DNA from: Verrucomicrobiaceae bacterium
Lineage (GTDB): Bacteria > Verrucomicrobiota > Verrucomicrobiia > Verrucomicrobiales > Akkermansiaceae
Reading direction: 5' to 3'
Assembly: GCA_051252135.1 (NCBI GenBank)
Contig: JBPOGH010000001.1
Coordinates: 64,001 to 128,000, forward strand
Length of the DNA stretch: 64,000 nucleotides
The notes under the pieces are model-generated. The model was not told where the DNA came from and ran no database searches. It saw only the letters and a program-made list of their open reading frames with translations. This document shows positions 51,131-59,830 of the stretch, piece after piece (position 1 is the first letter of the stretch; each line of letters opens with the position of its first letter). A program made the position numbers and the translations under genes.

Positions 51131-51883
51131 ATGAGTGCTCCAATTGTCATTAAAATCGGGACCGGAGTTCTCACGCGTGAGAACGGGACACTCGACGGGT
51201 CGTCGCTGGTGAAGCTGGTCACTGCGGTGGCGGCGCTGCAGGCGGCAGGGCATTCGTGCATCATGGTATCTTCCGGAGCGGTGGGAGCCGGAGTTTCGGC
51301 CTTGGGATTGACCTCGTATCCGGCGGATGTGGAGAGTCGGCAGGCGGCGGCTGCGGTGGGACAGGCGCGGCTGATGCAGCGCTACGAGACGCTCTTTCAG
51401 CAGTTTGATTTGAATGTGGCCCAGCTTCTTTTGACGGGGCCGGATTTCGAAAATAACCGGGACCGGATTTCGGCGACGATCCAGCGGCTACTTGCACATG
51501 GACAGATTGTTCCGATCATCAACGAGAATGACTCGGTGGCGATTGAGGAGCTTCGGGTGGGGGATAACGATATGCTTTCGGCGAAGGTGGCCGAGTTGAT
51601 CGGAGCAAAGCAGTTGATTCTGTTTACGACGGTGGATGGCTTGCTGCCACCGGAGGGCGAAGAAATCATTGAGGTGGTCAACAATGTCGAGGAAGTGCTG
51701 GATTTTGCCCGGGATGAGAGCGGTAAGTTTTCGATCGGAGGGATGGCTTCCAAGCTGAAAGCGGTTTCTTATGCGACCAGGAACGGGACGGCGGTGATGA
51801 TTGCCAACGGACGTAAGCCCGAGCAGTTGCTGGAGCTGGTGAACGGTGGTGGGCGGGGGACGCGGTTTTTGCCATCGACGTAG
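51131..51883 (+). CDS. proB: Glutamate 5-kinase (no PUA domain)
   Basis: VIKIGT, VSSGAV, AAVGQ, INEND, GDND, GGMASK. Confidence 0.95.
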   Translation: MSAPIVIKIGTGVLTRENGTLDGSSLVKLVTAVAALQAAGHSCIMVSSGAVGAGVSALGLTSYPADVESRQAAAAVGQARLMQRYETLFQQFDLNVAQLLLTGPDFENNRDRISATIQRLLAHGQIVPIINENDSVAIEELRVGDNDMLSAKVAELIGAKQLILFTTVDGLLPPEGEEIIEVVNNVEEVLDFARDESGKFSIGGMASKLKAVSYATRNGTAVMIANGRKPEQLLELVNGGGRGTRFLPST

Positions 51884-51934
51884 GGGAAGTATTCTTTGCG
51901 ATTGATTCCCTTTGCGAACCCGAGGTTCTCGGTT

Positions 51935-53212
51935 ATGTCTCTGCGCAAGATGACGAGCGAAGAGATCCGCGATGAGATTTACGGGATGGGGAAGAAGGCG
52001 CGTGCGGCGGCGCATGCCTTGGCAATTCTTTCCGAGGAGAAAAAGAATGAGATTCTTCGGGCGATGGCGGCCGGGATTCGTTCGGCGGAAGCGGAAATAT
52101 TGGAAGCCAACAAGCTTGATATCGCGGCTGGAGAAGAGCGGGGGCTGACCACGGCGATGCTGGATCGGCTTCGGCTTGATGAGGTTCGGCTGGAAGCGGT
52201 GGCGGCCGGAGTGGAGAAGGTAGCGACGCTGCCCGATCCGGTGGGAGAGGAATTGGGAGAATGGAGTCGGCCGAATGGGATCCGGATTCAGCAGGTGCGG
52301 GTGCCGATTGGAGTGATCGGGATTATTTATGAGAGCCGCCCGAATGTGACGAGCGATGCAGCGGTGCTTTGTCTGAAGTCGGGGAATGCGACCATTTTGA
52401 GAGGAGGCTCGGAAGCGATTCATTCGAATCGTGCTTTGGCGAAGGCTCTTCAATCGGGTGGTGAGAATGCCGGTTTGCCGGCAGGGGCGATTCAGCTGAT
52501 TCCTTTTACGGATCGTGAAAGCGTGGCGGTGATGGCAGGGATGGACAAGTATCTCGACCTCATTATTCCCCGGGGAGGAAAGGGGCTGATTGAAACGGTG
52601 GTGTCACTGGCACGGATGCCGGTGATCAAGCATTACGATGGGATTTGCCATGCTTACATTCATCCCGAAGCGGATCAGGAAATGGCGGTGAAGATTGTGG
52701 TGGATTCCAAGACGCAGAAGCCGAGCGTGTGCAATGCGCTGGAGACGCTGTTGGTCGACGAAGCGATCGCGGATGAGTTTTTGCCGAAGGTCGCGGCGGC
52801 GCTGGGAGAGAAGAATGTGGAGCTTCGTGGAGATGAAGCGACGCAGGCGGTGATTCCCGTGGTTCCTGCGAGTGAGGAGGATTGGAGCACGGAATATCTG
52901 GACTACATTTTGGCAGTGAAGGTGGTGCCTTCATTGGACGCGGCAATTGCCCATATCAACGAATACAGTTCCCAGCATACCGAGACGATCGTGACGGAGA
53001 ACCGGGAGGCTGCGGAGAGGTTTCTACGCGAGATTGATTCGGCCTGTCTTTTCCACAATGTGTCGACTCGTTTCAGCGACGGGGAGGAGTTCGGTTTCGG
53101 GGCCGAGATTGGGATTTCGACCGACAAACTTCATGCGCGCGGACCGATGGGTCTGCGTGAGTTGACCTCGTATCAATATCGGGTCAGAGGTGAGGGGCAG
53201 ACCAAGGCCTGA
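51935..53212 (+). CDS. proA: Gamma-glutamyl phosphate reductase
   Basis: IYESRPNVT, IPRGG, CNALET, STRFSDG, GAEIGIST, HARGPMG; start 51935 or 51950. Confidence 0.96.
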   Translation: MSLRKMTSEEIRDEIYGMGKKARAAAHALAILSEEKKNEILRAMAAGIRSAEAEILEANKLDIAAGEERGLTTAMLDRLRLDEVRLEAVAAGVEKVATLPDPVGEELGEWSRPNGIRIQQVRVPIGVIGIIYESRPNVTSDAAVLCLKSGNATILRGGSEAIHSNRALAKALQSGGENAGLPAGAIQLIPFTDRESVAVMAGMDKYLDLIIPRGGKGLIETVVSLARMPVIKHYDGICHAYIHPEADQEMAVKIVVDSKTQKPSVCNALETLLVDEAIADEFLPKVAAALGEKNVELRGDEATQAVIPVVPASEEDWSTEYLDYILAVKVVPSLDAAIAHINEYSSQHTETIVTENREAAERFLREIDSACLFHNVSTRFSDGEEFGFGAEIGISTDKLHARGPMGLRELTSYQYRVRGEGQTKA

Positions 53213-53217
53213 TTCCT

Positions 53218-53862
53218 TTATTCCGCATCTGCGGGCTCGTCTTCAACCGGAGGAGCGGCCGGCTTGCCGTCCTTGATGTCGGTGAAGAGGGAGATTTCTC
53301 CTTTGCGACCGATTTTTTCCTGCTTGGAGACGTAGCCGTTGTTGAGTCCGGCCAGAAGGGCGAGCACACCCAGAACGAAGGTTCCAAAACCCAGCATGCC
53401 TCCGCCCGTATTGGAGGAGGTGAGCATGGGGTGGGGGGCAAGTGGGCCCGGGGAAGCGGAAGCGGGTGCTTGGCGAAGCTTGCGTCCTGCCGGGGGAGCG
53501 GCCGGTGCGGCTTCTTTTTTCTTCTCGTGAGCTTCAAACTTTTCGTCGTCGAGCTCATCGAGTTCATCGTCGCTGAGAGTGTATTCGAATTGGACGTCTC
53601 CTACTTTGACGTCGTCGCCATTTCGAAGGTCGATGATTTCCATTTCGTCTTCATCGAGTGAGATCCCGTTGGTGGATTTGCGGTCGCGGAGGATGTAGCC
53701 ACCGGAGACGCGTTCCATGGTGCAGTGGGTCCCTGAAACGGAAGGGTCGTCGATAACGATGTCGTTATCGTTGCTCCGCCCAATGGTGACCTTGGTGCGG
53801 TCGAGCTTGAAACGGTAGGGCTGGGAGTTTTTTCCGGGGATCGTGATGCTAACGCGTGGCAT
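53218..53862 (-). CDS. FHA domain membrane protein
   Basis: IGR, SVSGTH, STNG FHA motifs; linker; C-terminal TM. Confidence 0.88.
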   Translation of the reverse strand: MPRVSITIPGKNSQPYRFKLDRTKVTIGRSNDNDIVIDDPSVSGTHCTMERVSGGYILRDRKSTNGISLDEDEMEIIDLRNGDDVKVGDVQFEYTLSDDELDELDDEKFEAHEKKKEAAPAAPPAGRKLRQAPASASPGPLAPHPMLTSSNTGGGMLGFGTFVLGVLALLAGLNNGYVSKQEKIGRKGEISLFTDIKDGKPAAPPVEDEPADAE

Positions 53863-53975
53863 GAAGCGATTTGTAGGTTGTGGAGGATACTATCCACAGT
53901 CGAGGACGCTTGGCCAATGGAAAACTCGCATTCGTGAGCTTGCCTTTTTCTCCTGAGAATCAAGCATTGACCCGT

Positions 53976-55034
53976 ATGGAGGCAATTAAGGCAAAGAGGG
54001 TGACCAAGTGCTTCGGAGAAGTGACGGCACTCAATCAGGTTTCTTTGGAGATTGAGCCGGGGGAGTTGTTTTTCCTGTTAGGTGGAAGCGGGTGCGGGAA
54101 GACGACCTTGCTTCGGTGCATCGCGGGGCTGGAGTCACCGACGGAGGGCGAGATTCATTTTGGTGACCGGAATGTGACGAACTTGCCTCCGCACAAGCGT
54201 GAGGCGGCGATGGTTTTCCAAAGTTATGCCCTGTGGCCGCACATGACGGTGGGGCAGAATATTGCTTTTGGACTGGAGGAGAGGAAGGTGCCGAAGGATG
54301 AGATTCAGAGGCGGGTTGAAGAAGCGCTCTCGATGGTGAAGCTGGAGGGGTATGGGCCGAGGGGGATTGACCAGATGTCGGGAGGTCAGCAGCAACGGGT
54401 GTCGCTTGCGCGGGCGCTGGTGGTGAAGCCGAAGTGTCTTTTGCTGGATGAGCCTCTTTCCAACCTGGATGCCCAACTGCGGTTGGAGATGCGCTCGGAA
54501 ATTCGGCGGATTACCAAGGAGAATGACCTCACCGGAGTCTATGTGACGCACGATCAGGCGGAAGCGCTATCGATGGCAGACCGGATGGCGGTGATGGATC
54601 TGGGGAATATTGTGCAGGTTGGCCCACCGGAAGAGATTTACCGGAATCCGAACTGCTCCTACGTGGCGGGATTTATCGGTGAGACCAATTTGATCAAGGG
54701 GATAGGCGGAAGCGCTGATGGCGAGGTGGAGACGGCCAGCGGAGTGCTACGAGGACGAATTACGGTGCCGGAATGGACACCAAAACAGGGTGAGGATGTG
54801 TTGGTGTCGATCCGTCCCGAGGCCCTGACCTTGGGCGATGTGGCCGGAGCGACGTTGAGAGGGAAGATTCGGGAGCGGACTTATTTGGGGAATTTGATCC
54901 AGTATGCGGTGGAGCTGGCTGATGGGACATTGGTGCAGGTGACCGAGATGAATCCCCATCTTATCCGTGAACCGGGCGAAGCGGAGATCGGGCTTTTTGC
55001 GAGTGAACAGGACATCATTGTCCTCAAAGACTAA
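53976..55034 (+). CDS. ABC transporter ATP-binding protein (Fe3+/polyamine class)
   Basis: GGSGCGKT, FQSYALWPH, MSGGQQQR, LDEPLSNLDA, TOBE-like C-terminus. Confidence 0.92.
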   Translation: MEAIKAKRVTKCFGEVTALNQVSLEIEPGELFFLLGGSGCGKTTLLRCIAGLESPTEGEIHFGDRNVTNLPPHKREAAMVFQSYALWPHMTVGQNIAFGLEERKVPKDEIQRRVEEALSMVKLEGYGPRGIDQMSGGQQQRVSLARALVVKPKCLLLDEPLSNLDAQLRLEMRSEIRRITKENDLTGVYVTHDQAEALSMADRMAVMDLGNIVQVGPPEEIYRNPNCSYVAGFIGETNLIKGIGGSADGEVETASGVLRGRITVPEWTPKQGEDVLVSIRPEALTLGDVAGATLRGKIRERTYLGNLIQYAVELADGTLVQVTEMNPHLIREPGEAEIGLFASEQDIIVLKD

Positions 55035-55038
55035 GGGT

Positions 55039-56517
55039 ATGAAGGGAGCCTGGAAAAAGTATCTCGGAGTTTTTGTCCCGCTGGGGATTGTAGTGGCGAC
55101 GCCATTGATTTTACGTGACTCTGTTGCGGAGGGTGCAGATTCAGCGGACCGGCGACTTGAAATAATTACGCCGCACAATGAGATGATCCGCCGTGAGTTC
55201 GGGGAGGCATTTTCGAAGTGGTATGAGGAGGAGACCGGAGAAACGGTTTATGTGAATTGGCGAACACCGGGGGGGACGAGCGAGATCAAGCGGGTGTTGG
55301 ATGGCGCCTATGAGGCGGCGGAAGAGCGGGGGAGCGAAGGGGTGGGAATTGATCTCTTTTTTGGCGGTGGAGAGTATGACTTTTCAGCGCAGGCGAAACT
55401 GGGACGATTTCAGGTGTTGGATATTTTTGAAGACCAGCCGGGACTTTTTGGAGAGGAGGCAATTCCCCAGACTTTGGGTGGCGAGAAGTACTATGGCTCC
55501 GATCATGATTGGGTGGGAGTGTGTCTGTCGTCCTTCGGGATTTGTTACAATTCCGATAGTCTGAAACGGAGAGGGATTGATGCTCCGGTCCAGTGGGAAG
55601 ATTTGGGCGATCCGGCCTATCAAAAAGGGGTGGCCCTGGCGGATCCAACCAAAAGCGGTTCGGTGGCGAAGGCTTTTGAGATGTTGATCCAGCAGCAGAT
55701 TCACGAGGAATTGGTCAACGGTTTAAGCCGGGAGGAGGCGGCAGCGAAGGGGTGGATCGAGGGGCTGAATTTGATTCAGCGAATCACGGCGAATGCGAAG
55801 TATTTTACCGATAGCTCGTCGAAGCCGCCGCGGGACGTGGCCCAGGGTGATGCGGTGGCGGGGATGTCGATCGACTTTTACGGGAGAACCTACAATGAGA
55901 TGCTCAAGAAGGATGACGGGTCGTCGCGGTTGCAATTCACGACACCCGAAGGAGGGACGTCGATCAGTGTGGATCCGGTGGCAATTTTGAAAGGAGCTCC
56001 GCATCGGGAGTTGGCCCAGGACTTCGTGCGTTTTCTCCTGAGCAAGAAAGGGCAAATGCTTTGGAATGCCAGGCCTGGTGGGGAAATGGGGCCGCGGTTT
56101 CGGGCACTGCGGCGTCTGCCAATTCGACGTGATCTTTACACGGAAGAGTATCTTGCCCTGATGGTGGATCGGGACGCCCGGCCCTATGAGTTGGCGGACC
56201 GTTTCTTCTATGACTCTTCGCTGACGGGTCATCTTTTCACGCCCCTAAGGAATATTATCCGGGTGATGTCGATTGATACCCATGAGGAGATGAAGTCGGC
56301 GTGGGCGGCCTTGATTGAGGCGGACTTTCCGGAAGAGGCGACAAAGGTGTTTTTTGACGTGAGTCCGGTGAGCTACGAGCTGACAGCGACCGAGATTCGT
56401 CCGATTTTAAAATCGGGAGATAAGGTGGAGGCTGTTCGTCTGGCCAATCGGCTCGGGAAGCATTTCCGGGAGAATTATGAAAAGGCCGAGCGTCTTGCGA
56501 AAGAATCACTGAAATGA
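55039..56517 (+). CDS. ABC transporter substrate-binding protein (AfuA/FbpA-like)
   Basis: IITPH, DLFFGGG, WEDL, ADPTKSGS, DPVAILKGAP. Confidence 0.85.
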   Translation: MKGAWKKYLGVFVPLGIVVATPLILRDSVAEGADSADRRLEIITPHNEMIRREFGEAFSKWYEEETGETVYVNWRTPGGTSEIKRVLDGAYEAAEERGSEGVGIDLFFGGGEYDFSAQAKLGRFQVLDIFEDQPGLFGEEAIPQTLGGEKYYGSDHDWVGVCLSSFGICYNSDSLKRRGIDAPVQWEDLGDPAYQKGVALADPTKSGSVAKAFEMLIQQQIHEELVNGLSREEAAAKGWIEGLNLIQRITANAKYFTDSSSKPPRDVAQGDAVAGMSIDFYGRTYNEMLKKDDGSSRLQFTTPEGGTSISVDPVAILKGAPHRELAQDFVRFLLSKKGQMLWNARPGGEMGPRFRALRRLPIRRDLYTEEYLALMVDRDARPYELADRFFYDSSLTGHLFTPLRNIIRVMSIDTHEEMKSAWAALIEADFPEEATKVFFDVSPVSYELTATEIRPILKSGDKVEAVRLANRLGKHFRENYEKAERLAKESLK

Positions 56518-58208
56518 ACAAGAAGATTGCCTACACCCTAACCATCGCGGTGAGTCTCTTCTTCGCGGTCTTTTTTCTGTATCCGGCAGTCATGGTGCTG
56601 AAGGAGGCGTTCTATGCGGAGGGCGAGGGGTTCACCTTTGGATTTGTAAGGGAGGTTTTCAAGAATCCGGTTTATGTGGAGGGATTGTGGAACGCCTTCA
56701 TGCTTGGAATAACGAGCACCTTGGCCAGCTTGCTGATTGCCTTTCCATTGGCGCTTCTGGGGCATCGATATGGCTTTGCGTTTAAGAAGACGTTGTCGTC
56801 GCTTATTCTGATTCCGCTGGTGTTGCCACCGTTTGTGGGCGCGGTGGGGGTGAAGCAGATTCTGGGGCATCAGGGAGCGCTCAATGCGGTGTTGGTGCAT
56901 TTGGGCGTGATCGATGTGGGGGCGCCCATTGATTGGTTGGGGGAGAGCCGGTTTATGGGGATCGTGATTATGAACGCGCTCCACCTTTATCCGATTCTTT
57001 ACATGAATGTGGCGGCGTCATTGTCGAACATCGATCCGGCGATGGAGCAGGCGGCGCAGAATCTTGGCTGTCCGCCGTGGAGGCGGTTGTGGAGGATTAC
57101 GTTGCCACTGTGTATGCCGGGGATCTTTGCGGGTGGGGCGATTGTTTTCATTTGGTCATTCACCGAGTTGGGAGTGCCTCTGGTGTTTGATTACGCCCGG
57201 GTGGCTCCGGTGCAGGTTTATGACGGGATTAAGGATTTGGGGTCGAATCCGTTTCCCTATGCGCTGGTGGCGATCATGTTGGTGGTTTCGACGGCGGTAT
57301 TCCTGATTTCGAAAGCGGTGTTGGGTCGTTCCAAGCTGGGGACCGCGCCGAGACCGAAAGGACGCTCCAACGAGATTCAGCTGAAGGGGGTGGGCTCCTG
57401 GGCCTGTGCGTTGTTTTTCTTTGCGGTCTTCTTTATTTCATCACTGCCGCATCTCGGGGTGGTGATTCTTTCGATGGCTCAGGATTGGTATGCCACGATT
57501 CTGCCCGAGGCTTGGACCATGGACCATTATCGGGAAGCTCTCGGGCATCCTCTGGTGGTGCCATCGATTCAGAACAGCCTGCTTTATGCCAGTGGCTCGA
57601 CTCTGGTGGATTTGATTCTCGGGGTGGCGATCGCATGGGTGATTGTGCGGAGTTCGATCAAGGGTCGGGCAATTCTTGATGCGCTGGTGATGCTGCCCCT
57701 GGCGGTGCCGGGGTTGGTGTTGGCCTTCGGTTATTTGGCCTTATCCCAGGAGGGTCGGGCATTCCACTTTCTGGTGGGGGCGGCGGACGATCCGACCTGG
57801 CTGCTGATCATTGCCTATGCGGTACGAAGACTTCCGTACGTTGTGCGGTCTGCGGTAGCCGGATTGCAACAGAGCAACATTGCGCTTGAGGAAGCGGCGC
57901 AGTCGCTCGGAGCGACGCCGCTGCGAACCTTGAGGCGGGTGTCGCTTCCTTTGCTGGGGGCGAATCTGATTGCAGGTGGTATTTTGGCGTTCGCCTTTGC
58001 GATGCTGGAGGTGAGTGACAGTCTCATTCTCGCGCAGCAGGCCGAGCATTTCCCGATCACCAAGGCAATCTATTCACTGCTGGGAACACTGGGGAATGGC
58101 TACGAGCTGGCGGCCGCGCTGGGGGTGTGGGCAATGGCGTTTTTGGCGATTGCGATCATCGGAGCAGTGGTGCTCGGTGGGAAAAAGGGCGGCCTTTTCC
58201 GGATGTGA
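56514..58208 (+). CDS. ABC transporter permease (FbpB-like, duplicated)
   Basis: Two EAA loops (MEQAAQNLG, LEEAAQSLGA), about 12 TMs. Confidence 0.9.
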   Translation: MNKKIAYTLTIAVSLFFAVFFLYPAVMVLKEAFYAEGEGFTFGFVREVFKNPVYVEGLWNAFMLGITSTLASLLIAFPLALLGHRYGFAFKKTLSSLILIPLVLPPFVGAVGVKQILGHQGALNAVLVHLGVIDVGAPIDWLGESRFMGIVIMNALHLYPILYMNVAASLSNIDPAMEQAAQNLGCPPWRRLWRITLPLCMPGIFAGGAIVFIWSFTELGVPLVFDYARVAPVQVYDGIKDLGSNPFPYALVAIMLVVSTAVFLISKAVLGRSKLGTAPRPKGRSNEIQLKGVGSWACALFFFAVFFISSLPHLGVVILSMAQDWYATILPEAWTMDHYREALGHPLVVPSIQNSLLYASGSTLVDLILGVAIAWVIVRSSIKGRAILDALVMLPLAVPGLVLAFGYLALSQEGRAFHFLVGAADDPTWLLIIAYAVRRLPYVVRSAVAGLQQSNIALEEAAQSLGATPLRTLRRVSLPLLGANLIAGGILAFAFAMLEVSDSLILAQQAEHFPITKAIYSLLGTLGNGYELAAALGVWAMAFLAIAIIGAVVLGGKKGGLFRM

Positions 58209-58209
58209 T

Positions 58210-59166
58210 TTATTGCTTTTTGAGCCAGTTGGAAACGTCGCCAATGACGCGGTCGCTCTCGTGATCGAAGAAGAGGAGGTGGAAGCTTTCGGGGTAGAAT
58301 TTGCGTGTGGTTTTTTCCGGATTGGGAAGGGAGGCCGCGAACGCTTCGACATCTTTGGGATCGGAGAAGACGTCTTTTCCTCCATGAAGGAGGAGCAGGG
58401 GGATGTCGATGGTTTGTGAGGCTTCTCCGGATTTGCGGATCATGTCTCCAAGGGTGGAGAGAAGGCGAAGGGTGTGGCGTTCGATATGGTAGGAATTTTG
58501 CTCGGCTTGTTCCTGGTGAACGGATTCCTTGGTGACATTGACATCGTCCTTTCCCGAGAGGGTTTCCAGAGAGACGCGCATGGTGGGGAAGATGGCAGCG
58601 AGAATGTGCGCGGCTTTTTCTTTCCAAAGCGGGAAGTCGCCGCGGATGTCGACAATGGGAGAGGAGAGGATCATGGCGTCGCAGAGTTGGGTGCGATCAG
58701 GTGCGGCGGCGTAGGCATGGAGGACGATGAGGGAGCCCATGCTTTCGCCACACCAAACGATCCTGGCATTGGGGTGCTTCTCCCTGATGAGTGAGGTGAA
58801 GCTGTAGAGGTCACGGAACCAATCGGAGCGCTTGCGGATGTGGCCGCGGCGAGCAACGACGGGGTCATTTCCCTGACCTCTCGTTTCTGCGGCATAGACG
58901 GCGGTGCGAGGCAGGCTTGTGAGGAGATGGTCGGCGAGGGGGCGATAGTCGGAGGCCGCACCTGAAATGCCGTGGACGCCAATGACGATCAATTCGGGCT
59001 CTTCCTTGGGCAGCCATTTGGTGTAAGGAAGGAGGTCTCCGTCAAAGGAGTGGAGGGATTTTTGGTCGAGTCGGACGGATTCGGGCACAGCAAGTGAGGT
59101 GGAGCAGTGGACGAGCAGGGGAACGCAGGTGAGCATGAGGAAGATGCGGGCTGCATGTCGAAACAT
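58210..59166 (-). CDS. Alpha/beta hydrolase (lysophospholipase-like), probable lipoprotein
   Basis: VHG, RGQG, GESMG nucleophile, HGGKD, FHLL; LVHC lipobox-like. Confidence 0.85.
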   Translation of the reverse strand: MFRHAARIFLMLTCVPLLVHCSTSLAVPESVRLDQKSLHSFDGDLLPYTKWLPKEEPELIVIGVHGISGAASDYRPLADHLLTSLPRTAVYAAETRGQGNDPVVARRGHIRKRSDWFRDLYSFTSLIREKHPNARIVWCGESMGSLIVLHAYAAAPDRTQLCDAMILSSPIVDIRGDFPLWKEKAAHILAAIFPTMRVSLETLSGKDDVNVTKESVHQEQAEQNSYHIERHTLRLLSTLGDMIRKSGEASQTIDIPLLLLHGGKDVFSDPKDVEAFAASLPNPEKTTRKFYPESFHLLFFDHESDRVIGDVSNWLKKQ

Positions 59167-59263
59167 AAGAAAATATTGAACGCGCGAAGAGACAAAGAAC
59201 ATCCTTAAATTTGAACAGAAGGGGCGCGGAGGGTTCCCATATTGCGAAACGATACTGCCTCTT

Positions 59264-59827
59264 ATGATCCAAATCAGACAAATTATCTACGCTCTTGCCG
59301 CCCTCACTTGCACCCTCTCTGCTGCGATTCGTCCAGGGGATCTTCTTATTGTTTCTGTGAAGGGGGTGCCTGCGGAGGAGCAGAGTACGATAGATGGAGA
59401 ATATCCGGTGGGAAAGGATGGCCGAATCAAGGTGCCGCTGGCAGATGTCATGATTAACGCCCAGGGGCTGGAGAATGAGCAACTGGCGCGCGCCATTGAA
59501 GAGGTCTACAAAAGTGCCGGAATTTACGTGCGCCCAACGATCACGGTGAAGAGCAATGTGGAGGTGGCGAAAGACCGATCTCTGGTGAGTGTGGGAGGTC
59601 GGGTGAAGCGGGCGGGGCCGGTTCCGTTTCGTTCGGGAATGACCTTGTTGCAGGCGATTCAGGCGGCGGGAGACCTCGATATGTTCGGGACCAAAAAGAG
59701 AATTTTTGTGACCCGGGGGAAGAAGGCGTGGAAGTTTGATCTTCGGAAGAAGGAGCACCAACAGTTCAAGCTGGAGGCGGAGGATACGATCGTGGTGGAT
59801 CAGAAGGGGACGTTCGACAAGGAGTAG
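59264..59827 (+). CDS. Polysaccharide export / SLBB domain protein (short Wza-like)
   Basis: IRPGD, DGRIKVPL, VGGRVKRAG, MTLLQAIQAAG, EDTIVV. Confidence 0.85.
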   Translation: MIQIRQIIYALAALTCTLSAAIRPGDLLIVSVKGVPAEEQSTIDGEYPVGKDGRIKVPLADVMINAQGLENEQLARAIEEVYKSAGIYVRPTITVKSNVEVAKDRSLVSVGGRVKRAGPVPFRSGMTLLQAIQAAGDLDMFGTKKRIFVTRGKKAWKFDLRKKEHQQFKLEAEDTIVVDQKGTFDKE

Positions 59828-59830
59828 AAG

